From contig NW_024704743.1 in the NCBI RefSeq assembly GCF_018977255.1, positions 94,490,001-94,554,000 of the forward strand: a DNA stretch of 64,000 nucleotides, read 5' to 3'. Positions 50,897 to 63,721 of this stretch are shown piece after piece. The position numbers and the translations under genes were made by a program. Under the pieces are notes generated by a model that did no database searches, was not told the DNA's origin, and saw only the letters and a program-made list of their open reading frames with translations. This stretch comes from Callorhinchus milii (Eukaryota). Numbering within the stretch: the first letter of the stretch is position 1; each line of letters opens with the position of its first letter.

Positions 50897-50914
50897 TTCG
50901 CCACCTGCTGGTCA
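50897..50914 (-). promoter_or_regulatory. CTCF-like motif
   Basis: Minus strand TGACCAGCAGGTGGCGAA. Confidence 0.45.
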
Positions 50915-51065
50915 TTTATTTAAAAGATCCAATTCTGGTTGCATTTTTTCTCATTACATTGTCGTGTGTCCCCTTTCAGAATTGAATGCATTACTGACAG
51001 AAAAAGAAAACTTCAGCATTTCTTTTATGTGGAAAATTCAAGATGGGGAATATGGATAACACAAA

Positions 51066-51380
51066 GAGTCCTGTAGCTCAGTGGTTAGAGCACTCACTTT
51101 GCAAGCGAGACACCTGTATTCAATTCCAGGCAGGGCGAAACCTTGGGCGAGTTTCCTTACTCCACACGCCTAATAATAATCCCTCCAAAACAAAAACAAT
51201 AATAAATTGGTCATTTTCAATCCACAACTGTTTGTGGGATATCGCTGTGCACAATTGGTTGCCACGTTTCACCCACAAATATACAGTCAATTCACTTTAC
51301 AGTATATTCTGTGAAGCATTTTGAGATGTCGAGAAGACGTGAAAAGCGCTATATCAAATGCAAGGTTTATTATTATTATA
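51066..51380 (+). mobile_element. tRNA-headed SINE, short form
   Basis: Head, body and tail as in 16290-16615. Confidence 0.95.
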
Positions 51381-53272
51381 AGAAGGGACATTTGAAACCT
51401 CCTTATTGAAAAGCTTCTAATGGAGAAAGTGTTTGTGTAGTTTCTACAAGTTACTGCAGAGTCTTATCATTCATTGGAATCATTGACAGAATTTGCGTGA
51501 GCCAATGTTATGGTTGAGAGGAAAACATTGAAGAAACCGGGCATGACTGTTGGTAGCTGAAGACAAACTTGTGCACCTGCACTTGGCAAGAAATATGTAA
51601 AGGTGCTGAGGAAATCAGAAACTTGTTACAGGATGATAGTTTCTATGCCAACAAGCCGAACATGAAAATGTTATTCTAGGTTTTAGTCACTGGATCTACT
51701 TTATTCTTTAAAGTAAAATTGTAATTAATGTAAAAATTACACATTTAAAGCATAATGGATAGTTGGTGAACCTCTGTGTATTATATGATACATGCTTTCC
51801 TTAGAATTAATGAAAGAGGAATAGTCAACAAGAAACAAACTGGTGATCAGAAAGAGTTACAAGCTTAAAAGGCTTTCATTTTAGTTGACAAAGACTCAAA
51901 TATACAATACAAAATTACATTTGTATAGCGCCTTTCACATCGAGAAGACGTGCTAAGGGTGTGAATATGCTGTAGAAGAACTTAAAATTGTACCACCAAA
52001 ATGCCATCTAAGTAACAACAACAATAATAACAATCCTTGCAGTTGATATAGCCCCTCTCACATTAGGAGGACGTCTCAAAGCTCTTCATGGGATTTACTG
52101 TGTAGTAATTGCGCATTTGTAGTCATATTATACCACCTTACCACCCATTCCTTCATTCTCTCCCATACCCTTCTATTCCCCTCTCCCTTATGTAAAGGTT
52201 TAGCTTCCCCTTGAATGCATCTATACCATCTGATTCAACCAAATACATGCTTGTATTCTTACATTGTCATTATTAAGAAAGAAATAGCCACCAATAGCAT
52301 TTCACTAGCACAGTCATTTCCACTGAGATTCAAAATATGTTCTCTTTAATATCCAATAATTATTACATTAGCCTTCGAAAGGTGAGCGCCAACAAGACCT
52401 TTCCCTCCATTGATCTCACACAGTAGCCAATGGTTTGAATTATTTTCATCCACTGATAAGGCCATCCATTGCTTCTCATTCTCCTTTGATTACATTTATG
52501 TTTTAACCTTCAAGGTACGAAAAATGTAATGGAGAAACTGACCAAACATTTACTTGTTTATAAGTATAAGTAAGCCTGCTGTTGCTGCACTAAACAGAGT
52601 AACACCCTTCAAAGAGTCCCTTTCCTGAAATACTAAATATCACAGACAGCAAGTCTCAAAAATGTTCTGCTTTAAGCTACACTGAATATTGTTCCAGCAG
52701 TTTTGGCCAACCAATAAATAAATGTAATTACATTGTAACATTAAACTGATTTCCAGAAATTACAAGAGAGATTTTGTGGCAGTTTTGATATTTAAAGGAA
52801 TACTAATTTGATTTGTGAATGGTTTCAAATTGCAGTGACAGGTAAAGCAGCAGACAGAAGGCTGTGTGATTTGAACCTCCTACGTACAATGTTTACCAAG
52901 CAGCTGGTGGGGCTCATTGAGCCCCATGTAAACAATTGCTCTCCAATACCACCTGGTACCATTCAGCAGGTTGGTTTCGACTCTTTGTAGCACCTGTTGG
53001 TAGTATACAAAAGCACAGCGATAAAGTCACCATCAGCTATTGTGTTGAACGCACTTTTTTAAAAGAAAAATTATTGGGATACTTTCCGATTCAAGATGTA
53101 GGCTTGATTTCTGATTGTTGGTTACAAATGAAACATCACATCGCTAGTTGATTTACTGCATTTGATTAATTCGAGACCAATTACTGTATGACTTGAATGT
53201 GATAGTTCCAACAACATCAACTGCAAGATCATGGTTTCCTCATTCACTTCCGAAAGTCCTCTCTCTCTCTGT

Positions 53273-54120
53273 GAATCATAAAATCATACAATCATAGAAT
53301 TATACAGCACAGAGGAGGCCATTCGGCCCATCATGTCTGTGCCGGCTCTTTGAAAAGAGCTATCCAAATCAATCCCACTCCCCCGTGCTCTCCCCATAGC
53401 CCTGCAAACTTGTCCACCCCAAATAATTATCTACTTCTCTCTTAAACGTTGTTATCGAATTGGCTTCCACCACCCTTTCAGGCAACGCATTCCAGATCAG
53501 AACAACTCGCTGTGTGAAAACATTTCTCCTCACCTCCCCTCTGTTTCTTGTAACAGCTATTTTAAATTGGTGTCCTCAGGTTACTGACCTGCACGTCAGT
53601 GGAAATGATTTCTCCTTGTTCACCTTATCAAATCCCCTCATAATTTTGAAAACTTCTATTAAGTCTCCTCTCAACCTTCTCTGCTCCAAGGAGAATAATC
53701 CTAGCTTTTCTAGCTCTCCTGGTAATTGAAGTTCCTCATTTCTAGTACCATCCTGGAAATCTCCTTTGCACCCTCTCCAATGCCTTGACATCTTTCCTAA
53801 AGTGTGGTGCCCAGAACTGAACACAGTCTCCAGCTGAGCTTAACCAGTGTTTTATAAAGGTTTATCATAACTTCTTGACCTTTGTATTCTATGCCCCTAT
53901 TTATAAAGCCTAGTATCCCGTATGCTTTTTAACAGTTTTATCTACGTGTTCTGCCACTTTCAAAGATTTACTTATGTGAACTCCCAAGTTTCTCTCTTCA
54001 CTCCCTTTAAGATTGTACCATCAGCTTATATGGCCTCTCCTCATTCTTCCTCCCAAAATGCATCACTTCGCATTTCTCCACCTTAAACTTCATCTGCCAC
54101 ACGTCTGCCCATTTTACCAA
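53273..54120 (-). mobile_element. CR1 3' fragment
   Basis: LEKLGLFSLEQRRLRGDLIEVFKIMRGFD; short tandem tail gaatcata-like on plus. Confidence 0.95.
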
Positions 54121-54645
54121 TGAGTGTGAATGATTTTTTTTGTAAAAAAAAAGTAGATTTTTCTTTCATTGATGTGGATTGAGGTCTGTACAGACAAAAA
54201 CCCAAATGTGAAGGGAACGCTTGAGAGCATAATTGAAAGACCAGTCATTACAGACTGGGCTTTAAAAATGCACTTGTGAATCCTTGTGAGAGCTTTCCAT
54301 TCCGGTAAATCTATTACACTGCACAGTTGCACAAGATTTGAAATCTGCCCAGAATATTCACAAAGATTCTGTTATCTTTACTACTACCTTTTAATATACA
54401 AGCATAGCAAAACTAATAATGACAAAATGTTCATTATTTGTGTTGTGCAGTTTTATTTATTATTATTTTCAAGAGGTGCTAAAAATGACCCTTTTTTAAA
54501 GAAAATCTTGTGGCACAAAGTAACAATGAAGATTCTTTTTGGGAAATGAATCCTTTCACTTTCGGTTTCCGAAAACATCAGTTGATCAAATACATATTGT
54601 AACATATCATGTTTGTGGCGATTGTTGCATTCATTGACTTATGTT

Positions 54646-55062
54646 TCAGCCTGGCTCAGTTGGAAGCAATCCAGCTTGGAATCCAAACGTCCCATTTTCT
54701 AGCCTCAACAATGGGACTTTAAACTTATCTACCTTAAGCCGATACCGATACTGCAATACAGTATTGGTGTGCACTGTATTGTTGGAGGTGCCATCCTTCA
54801 GATGAGATATTAACCAAGATTCTGCTTGCCTGTTCATTAAAGATCCCAAGACACTACTTGAATAGAGAAGGGATTTTCTCTCGGTGTTCTAGTGACCAAC
54901 CCTTTAAAATAAAAGTCATTCACTTCATGGCTCTGTGCAAACTGACTGCTGCAATCGCCTACCTACAACATACACGGTCACTACACTTAATAGAATATCC
55001 TGTAAAGCGCTATTGAGATTTTCTCCCAACACGAAAATCAGTTGTAATGATTATTCTTATTA
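54646..55062 (+). mobile_element. Deu-domain SINE
   Basis: Head cagcctggctcagttgg, core ggaggtgccatccttcagatgagatattaacc..ttaaagatccc. Confidence 0.85.
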
Positions 55063-56499
55063 TTTTTCTTCTTTGAATTCATTTTGAAATTACTCTTAGT
55101 GAGGCACATTTCAATTTACTAATAAATCTAGTTTGGTGTGTGTTTGTTATCTAGATAGATCAGCTCGTGATAATCATGTGATACAAAGTCTCAAACAACC
55201 TGGATATTTTCAGTCTATTGCCATTGTGTGTATTTCCTCCCCACCCCACCACCAAAAACAGTACAGTTGCAGAACAATTTATTTACCCATTGATCAGGAT
55301 CTACACACTTCTGGAGGTGCTGCTGACAGCAACTGGTTGTTGGCATAGTAACTGGAAGTTCGTACACAAAGCTCCTCTTGTGTTCCTCTGATTGATCAGA
55401 GATTCTGTTTAGAGACAATTAGCTGATTTTTGTGACGGGTTTTATTTAATTCTCACTTTTTTTCTTGTAATACAATAAAAACAACCATGGAACACCCATC
55501 AAATTGCATTACCCAAATGCACAAGGAAACAAATGTTTATTCAGAATTGAGTCCCATTGTAAGGTCACTCAAACACTATATTTTATATGAAATGGCCTAT
55601 GGTGAATCCTCCTGTCTCTTCCCGTTTTCCCTTACTTGGCGTCCAAACCCGTGAAGTGCTCCAAGATGTCATCCTACGTAAAGGGTGTGTTATAAATGCA
55701 AGTTGTAGTCTCCTGGTGTGAAAGGCGCTTTACAAATGTAATTTGTTGTTGTTGTTGAAATACCTTTTAAGTTGCCACAACTTCATGAGTATTTTGAAAT
55801 ACAATAAATGCTGCAAGGTTACAAGTACTGCAGTCCATTTCTTGTTGGATTATTTTGTGCATTTGATGTATTGCTCCCATTTATCATTGCGAGCATTGTG
55901 TACAAGAATACAGCGAATAAGAAAAAATCATCAATCTCACAGATCAGATACACTGTCTTGAACATACACTTGTTCAATGTACTGAGGGAAAAGTTCTGCA
56001 TGAATACTTGCTGATAATTGAAGATATTCTGGAGTATTAGTCTATCTCACATCTCTGTTGTAAGGTGCTAAATGGGACTGAGAAAACTCTGAGTAATATT
56101 TTCAGATACGCCAATAAGGCCGAACAAGAGATCACTGGTTCAGGATTGTGAAGAACAATTTTAGGATGTGCACCAGGAATCGATCCTTCACACAGAGCTT
56201 AATCAACAGCTGTAGCAGGTTACTGAACAGGATGGTCAAAGACAAGAAACTGGACTTGTGCCAAGAGTTTTCTTCCTCCTTCAAAACGTCTCTTTTGATA
56301 TTTGCTTTTGAAACTAGACTTACTGCCCTTCACTGATGATGGCATCCAATCTCCAGCATTACCAGAATCATCATATCTGATTGGGTATTTGACCATCTCA
56401 GTCATTATTTGTCCCTATAATAGTCAGCCCTGCTCTTAGACAAATGTTTATTTTGCTTTTATCGTTACAGTTGTTTCACTATGCCAAGTTAATTGGCAC

Positions 56500-56595
56500 A
56501 TATGGAAGACACTCCCAGGACAAAAAGCAAATGATACTGTGCCAAGTTAATTGGCACGGTAACATTTACTTTTTTCCTGGGATTGTCTCCTATAT
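56500..56595. repeat. Imperfect ~45-bp-arm inverted repeat with 5-nt loop
   Basis: 56500-56545 pairs with 56551-56595 around GTTAA. Confidence 0.9.
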
Positions 56596-56904
56596 ATTCA
56601 ACTGCTTTATATTCTTTTAATCTTAAGACTTGCTTAATAATAATCCTTGCTTTTGGTACAGTGCCTTATCACATCATTGAAACATCCTAAAGTGCTTCAC
56701 AGGAGTTGCTGTGAAATGTAGTGACTATGTATTTGTAGCTTGTTATGGTTGAAGCTTGTTAATTTTAAACTTGTCTTTTCTAGTTCTACTGTAATAATAA
56801 TTCTGCCCAATTTGAATAATCTGCTTAAATCATGCCTCTCAGCGTTTTCAATGTCTGGATGATGTACTTTTCATTTCCTCCCCACCCCTCAAAGAAACCC
56901 TGTA

Positions 56905-57605
56905 GAATCCTGTAAATTAGTAGTTAGAGCACTCGATGCACAAGCAAGAGGACTGGAATCAATTCCCGGCCAGGGCGAAACATTGGGCAAGTTTCCTTAC
57001 TCGACATGCTTCTGTTTACCTAGCAGTAATTAGAAACCTGGTTGTTAGTCAATTGACAAATCGCTTTTCCAGGAGTAATATTCTCTTAAAAAAACAGTAA
57101 TGAATAAATAATAATTTGGTCACTCAATCCACGTTTTTTGGGACACTGCTGTGCACAATTGTCTGCCACGTTATAATAATAATAATAATAATCCTTCAAT
57201 TTGATATAGCGCTTTTCACGTCAGGAGGACATCCCAAAGCGCTTCACAGAATACACTGTAAAGTGAATTGACTGTATATTTGTGGGCGAACGCGGCAGCC
57301 AATTGCGCACAGCAATGTCCCACAACAGTCGTAGATTGAAAATGTCCAATTTTATTATTGTTTTGGGTTTTTTGGAGGGATTATTATTAGGCGTGTGGAG
57401 TAAGGAAACTTGCCCAAGGTTTCGCCCTGCCTGGAATTGAACTCAGGTCTCTCGCTTGCAAAGCGAGTGCTCTAACCACTGAGCTACAGGACTCCACGTT
57501 TCGCCCACAGTCACTGCACTTTACAGTATATTCTATGAAGCACTTTGTGACGGCTCAAAGAGGTAATAAGGCGCTTTATCAGATGCAAGGATTATTATCA
57601 TTATT
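56905..57605 (+). mobile_element. Long-form SINE interrupted by a minus-strand short-form SINE (57173-57497)
   Basis: Host breaks at gtctgccacgtt| and resumes at ccacgtttcgcccacag; the insert is a full-length reverse-complement short form. Confidence 0.92.
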
Positions 57606-58609
57606 AAAACAACTTCAAATCTCTGAGCTCTGAGTCCCAGAATAATCCTTGTTGTTGCTCCCCAAACTATCTCCCAAGCATCAAGACCATTTTCAATGTA
57701 AAGCGCCAAAGTTTTGCACACAATATTTCAAATAAGGTACACAATGTTTTAAATAACTTAAAAAGCATGAGACAGTATTGCTAATGTTCAGTAATCTCTG
57801 CCATTTGTAAACTATTGTTTGCGTCAAATCAAAAGTAGCTGACAGATTTTGTGGAAAGTTGTTGAAAAAGTCTTGAGGGAGGGAAGGAAAGGCAGCAGGG
57901 CACAGGTAACCCAAAACAAATGTTCTGTAAAAAGAGGTAGTTTTCACACAGAATCAACGCTCTGACTCCATTTTGCAGAACCAGTAAGAACAGTAATAGT
58001 GAGCGGCAGGGAAGGTAGTTGGAAGGAAAATACTTTCACTTTAAGGTACACTCCCATCATTCTTCACTTGTTAAAAATAAAAAAAAATTCCAATTAGTGA
58101 GAAAACCAGGTGTTCAAGACAACCTGGATAAACTGAAGCAAAAGCTTGAATGTCTCAGTGCCACTACAAAGACAGTGAAGGTTAGATTCATGAACTTCTG
58201 CTCAAAAGCTTTATTTATATTTGCCCACAAAATATACAGTCAATTCACTTTACAATATATTTTGTGAAGCGCTTTGAGACATCTCAAAGCCGTGATAAGG
58301 CGCTATTCAAACGGAAGGTTTATCCGACCTCCAATAGCAACAGCACTTCATATTAGACAGTCAGTGCAGGATATGCAAGTGTCCAAAGAAATGTGAGATT
58401 TGTGTTACTGAATTAAAATAAGAGTTCAATAAAGGCAGCAAGAATAATGACCAGAGTGGTCATCTGAATTCCAAGCAAAATTTATAGTTGACATTAGTTA
58501 GGTTACTTGACTTTAAGATGTAAAGCTACATACACACTGAAAGAGCTCAGTTTTCTTAATGAGGAAAGCTGGAAAGATCCTAAATTCAAAGAGAAAGGAA
58601 CCGAATAGA

Positions 58610-58975
58610 CTGAAGAGATTGAAGGAGGTGAAAAACATCAATTTTAAAGAGAGATTTGAGAAGTTAGTTCTTTTTTCACTAGAGATGAGAAGGTTAAACG
58701 GTGGTCTGTCAGCGATCTTCAAGATCATGAAGGTGTATGATCAGGTGAATAATAATAAACCAAAGAGGGTGGTTGGAATGTGGAATTCTCTGGCACAACC
58801 TTTGAAGCAAAGTCCATAAAATTTTTGAAACGGGAATTAAATAGGTGCTTAAAGAGGAGAAACATAAAAGAGTGTGGAGAGCAAGTAGTGAAATGGGATT
58901 ATTGTAAGTGGCTCATGTGGAGAAAAATACCATATTTAATGGGCCAAGTAGCTTTTGGTTTTAATGCTGTATTGA
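58610..58975 (+). mobile_element. Old CR1 3' fragment
   Basis: ERFEKLVLFSLEMRRLNGGLSAIFKIMK..RVVGMWNSL. Confidence 0.85.
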
Positions 58976-59103
58976 TACAGTCCCGGTGCCTTGGGATGTC
59001 CTCTTGACATGAAAGACACTCTACAAATGTAATTTGTTGTTGTTGTTTTATTCCATGGGGCTATGACTCTGAAAATCGGATTAAACCATATTGGATTAAA
59101 TGG

Positions 59104-59530
59104 TGTCAGCCTGGCTGAGTTGCTAGGACTCTGACTCTGAGCCACAGGTTATGGGTCCCTAACATCAGAACCTTGAATTCATAGTTAAAGTTGACACTCC
59201 AATGCAGTGATGTGTGATTGCAGCATTATCATCCTTCAGATCAGACAATAAACTGAGGTTCTGTCCACCTGTTCAGGCAACATTTGGCAATGTTCATTGG
59301 AAAAAAAAAGTGAGTTTCTCCCAACAATTTTCCAGGTAAAAATGTTCACTTCTTGGTTGTTTGCGGGACATTGCTGTACAGAATTGGCTGCTGAGTTTGC
59401 CTACAAACGAATTGGCTGCTGAGTTTGCCCTCAAATGTGCAGTTGTTACATTTTACATAACTAGCCTCTAAAGTGCTTTGAGACATTTCAATATTATTGG
59501 ACCGTATCAAATGAAAGGATTATTATTATT
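59104..59530 (+). mobile_element. Deu-domain SINE with an internal 28-nt tandem duplication
   Basis: Head gtcagcctggctgagttg, core catccttcagat..cctgttcagg; gaattggctgctgagtttgcc at 59381 and 59409. Confidence 0.82.
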
Positions 59531-61539
59531 TAAAATCCCGAAGCCATAACCAAACTGAAAAAATATATGTGAAGGAAGTTGAGTTGTTCCCAAACAGAAG
59601 ATCATTCCCACTGCACCACAAGACTACAGTTGCCATAGCGAGTGCAATTGCAGCTGTAACAACAGAAGGCAGACTAAAATGAAATTATGCCAAATATCAG
59701 ATGCCTGACTCAAATACTTACTTATACTTATAGTACACTCTCTAGATCAGCAATATACCTGCAGTTGCTACCAAGACATGCTTGTAAAATAATATAGTGC
59801 CAGTACACTTAGTGCAAACACAGAATAGCTCCTGCTAAATTATATCCAAATGCCCAGACTACAGTCAGATTGAAACAATAAACTGAAGTTCCTTGAAGTT
59901 AAGTTTCAACCAGGGTTGGATATTATTTGCGTACTAAGCTGACAACTTGATTCTTCAAGAGGTGAGATGAGGTAAATGTTCTCATCACTGTTGATGACAA
60001 CCCAAATGAGAATCCCTGTTTCTCATTAGTGTTTGCTTATGTAGAAAGTATTTCAAAAGTGATAACCTAATTATGGGCTAGGACCCTTTGCTGCCAACAA
60101 ATAGGCAACAATATTTATGTATTTGTTTACATGTATTCGCTCCCTGATCATGAATGAGTGACAGTATCAAAGCACAAGTTGACACCATGAATTTGTTGTG
60201 CGTTGATTGTCAAGCGAAGAGAGTTTTCCCTGTGTCCTGACCAAAAATCCCCCAGATAAAATTGATCATTCACTTCATAGCTGTTTAAAATTCAATATTA
60301 TTGGTATTTAAAATTGACTGTTGCATTCACCTACAAGATACACAGTCACCACACTGTTTTATGAAGCACTTTGAGACATCCTCCGAATGTAAAAGGAGAT
60401 ATATTAACTATGTTAAATGCAAGGACTCTTATTTTATTTTGTGAATAGAGATTTGGTGTATCCAGCCTATGGTAGAATCATTGCAATGCCTTCAGTGATG
60501 ACAGCATTTTGAAAGATTTGGCATCCGGAAAAAATATTTCATGTGCACTCCAGCGGTGAAATAAAGCCAAATGTTCTCATCACTGTTGATGGCAGTCCAG
60601 ATAAGAGTTCCTTTTTCTTTTAAGTGTTTATATATAGAGAGCAGGATGCTTGCTCTGCAACACCGTGTAGCAAAACACTGCTTAAAAGTTGGCTCAACTC
60701 TGACATGATCACATGGCCTAATATTACAAGATGAAACTTTGCTTGGACATCTAATAACAAAGGTGAAATGATGGATTTGCTGGCAGAGAGAGAATTTTTA
60801 AAAGACACTGGATAGGTATCATCAAAAGTACCATCAAAGTCACAGTTACCGTTCAGTATTTACAGCCAGATTCTGCAAACAATCCCATTCCAGATTGAGA
60901 TGTGGATAAGAAGTGGAAAGCTGTTCATGTTAGACACTTGCAGTACCTGCTACAAATTGTTTGTTGCTGGCAAACTAATTTCAGTCAAGTGCTTTGAGAA
61001 AGATTCCTCATGTACTGTCTTCTCGTATACTGTACAGCAATTTCAGAATCGAGATTGGGATGAGGATAGGATTCGGGTTTGGCAGCATTGCAAAAAGGCT
61101 TTTTTCTTACTGCTTAATGCCAGAGATTCCATGCCATGCTCTGCTATTCAATTGGTTTTGCACAATGTTAATAAAAAACCTTGGGAGGCAAATAAACCTC
61201 TCGTGTCACTTGTGTTTCCATACATCTGAAGTATATAAAATTGGATGGATGTCATTTTGTTATTACACAATTTGTTTATCAAGGTAATGGATCCCAACGT
61301 TTACTTGCCCAAAAATCCATAAAAAAGCTGTTGGCATGCGGGGAGTCAAAATGGCTGACATCCAGGTCATCAGATCAACTTACAATCAGAGAAATTTACA
61401 GTGCAAATGGAAGCTATGCAGTCAGAGCAAACTGCACATTCAATCCCACTGCCCTTCCCTATACCCCTTCAAGTCTTGAACTTCATATACTAATCTATTT
61501 CCCTCTTGACACTCACAATGGACTCTAGTTCTACCACCT

Positions 61540-62035
61540 TACCCAAGCCATGACCAGCTCTGCCTTTCCTCACCTCTGTAACATTGCTCGACTCCGCCAC
61601 TACCTCACCCCTCAGGCTGCTGAAACTTTTATTCATGCCTTCATCACCTCCAGGCTCGACTATGCAAACGCCCTGCTTATCAGCCTTCCCAACTCCTCCC
61701 TCCACAGGCTGCAGATAATCCAGAACTCTGCAGCCCGTGTCCTCTCCCGCAGCAAACTCTGCTACCCATCTCCCCCATTCTCACCCGACTCCATTGGTTC
61801 CCTATCCTTCAAAGGATCCAGTTCAAGATCCTGGTCCTCACCTACAAAGCCCTCCAGGGCCTCGCACCACCCTACCTCTGTGTCCTCCAAACCCCTTACC
61901 AATCTGCCCGCTCCTTCCACTCAGCCGGCTCCAGCCTGCTCCACGTCCCCCAACCCATCCGTCCCACCATTGGCGGAAGAGCCTTCAGCCACTCTGCCCC
62001 GAACCTCTGGAATTCCATCCCCCAATCACTCCGCC
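61540..62035 (+). mobile_element. L2 fragment lacking its 3' tail
   Basis: [45 protein letters not shown]. Confidence 0.93.
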
Positions 62036-62492
62036 ATGGATGACCTTAAAGGTGAGGACGAGGATCTTCAACTTGATCCTCTGGGGGATGGGGAGCCAGT
62101 GGAGTCGGGGAGGGTGGAAGTGATGGGGTCACGGAGCCTGGTGCGTGAGAGTACACGAGATGAAGAGTTTTGAATGATCTGCAGCTTGTGAAGGGAAGAG
62201 TTGGGAAGGCCGATGAGGAGGGAGTTCCCGCAATCAAGCCTTGAGGTGACGAATGCATGGGTGAGAGTTTCGGCAGCCTGAGGGGTAACTCAGTGGCAGA
62301 GTCTGGCAATGTTGCGGAGTGGTGGTAGGCAGTGCCGTTCATGGAGCGGATGTGGGGGCGAAAGGACAGTTCAGGGTCAAACAAGATACCCAGGTTCCTG
62401 ACTGGCTTAGTGAGGTTGAGTGTGCAGCCATGGAGGCTAATGCTGCCAGAGCCTGAGGTATGGAGGTGCTGGCGCAAGCCAATCAGGAGGGC
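62036..62492 (-). mobile_element. L2 fragment lacking its 3' tail, convergent with the previous copy
   Basis: KPVRNLGILFDPELSF..; ends at KILVLTFKVIHG. Confidence 0.93.
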
Positions 62493-62889
62493 TATAAATA
62501 TGCTGTCATTTGGTTTCCTAGCTGGAATTTTGGATCACCGATAGATCATGTCATCTTTCTGTGTGCACGTGCAGTGAATGCAGAAGCACTAACCAATGAT
62601 TGTGCCACTTTATAACCCTGGTTGGTGTCTGTTTACCTTCTATGCAATCACTACACATTACAGAAAAACTCCACAAAGCACTTTTTGAAGCTTCAGTGTG
62701 GTAGTGCACTATATTAAATATAAGTATAATTAATATAAGTATTATTATTTATGGATTCCAACTATCAAGTTCTGTAGCAGCAAAGGTGATACGGTGATAT
62801 AAGTGGAAGGAGAAATTTATCTGTCGATTGGAGTGGGTGGGAAAATCTGAGATAAGAAACAAGTAAGTGAGGGGATCTGTTTCTTTCCT

Positions 62890-63380
62890 CCCTTTTTTGG
62901 ACTCTTTACCTTTCTAAAGGTAAATGACCTTTTCATCAACATCAATTATACATCCACAAACTCCCACAGCTGCTTAACATCTCCTTCCCACTCTTCTTTC
63001 TTTCAATACTTCATTTAATTCTCTCAGTTTCTCCATTTCCCCAGCATTTAGTTTGATTCTACTTTCTGCGCTAGAACTTCTGAAATGTCCTTTATTGTCA
63101 ATCACTGTATCCTTCATCATGGCATCCTGTTTACTTTTGACCCAATTTCTGAACCACCAACTTCACTCCTTTTCCCTTCAATCATAATAGTGACAAAGCC
63201 CCTCTTGTCTGTCCCTTCCATCTAACCAACCTCCAAACTCCAAGATTGTCTCCCGCTTTCCTATCATCGACAGCATAATCACCGCACCAGCCAGGTTTCT
63301 CTCTTTTCGTTCGTGAAAGACTGTTCTTCCCCCATTCCATTATCACTCAGATGTATTCTCTTGCAATTGTAGTAAGTGCA
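62890..63380 (+). mobile_element. Decayed Penelope-like retroelement fragment
   Basis: Degenerate coding for T(N/D)SHS.L..SH, SQFL, RTSEMSF, NSDKAPLVCPFHLTNL, matching the post-RT region of Penelope-like elements as I recall it. Confidence 0.65.
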
Positions 63381-63472
63381 ATCCCCAAGCCCTTGTTTCT
63401 TCCCAAACTACTGTCCATCCCTTTGCACAACAGTGGACAACAATTCACCTGTCCTATCTTGCATTACTGTAT

Positions 63473-63680
63473 TCAACAACAATTTGCACTTATATAGTGC
63501 CCTCTGTGAAGGCTGGGGTGGGTGGTTGAGACGGTGGGGAGGTGGGGGTGGTCGAAAAGGTAGGTGGAGAGAGTGTGTTCCAGAGTTTCGGGGTGTAGTG
63601 ACTGAATGCGCGACCTCCAATGGTAGAGCGGAAAGCGTGAGGGACAAGCAGGAGGCTGGGTACAGTGGTACAGTATTATA
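63473..63680 (-). mobile_element. Old L2 3' end
   Basis: caacaacaatttgcacttatatagtgccct tail; [15 protein letters not shown] coding. Confidence 0.8.
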
Positions 63681-63721
63681 GGTGTACAGTGTTACTGGGT
63701 GCAGTGAGTTCAGTCCTCATC

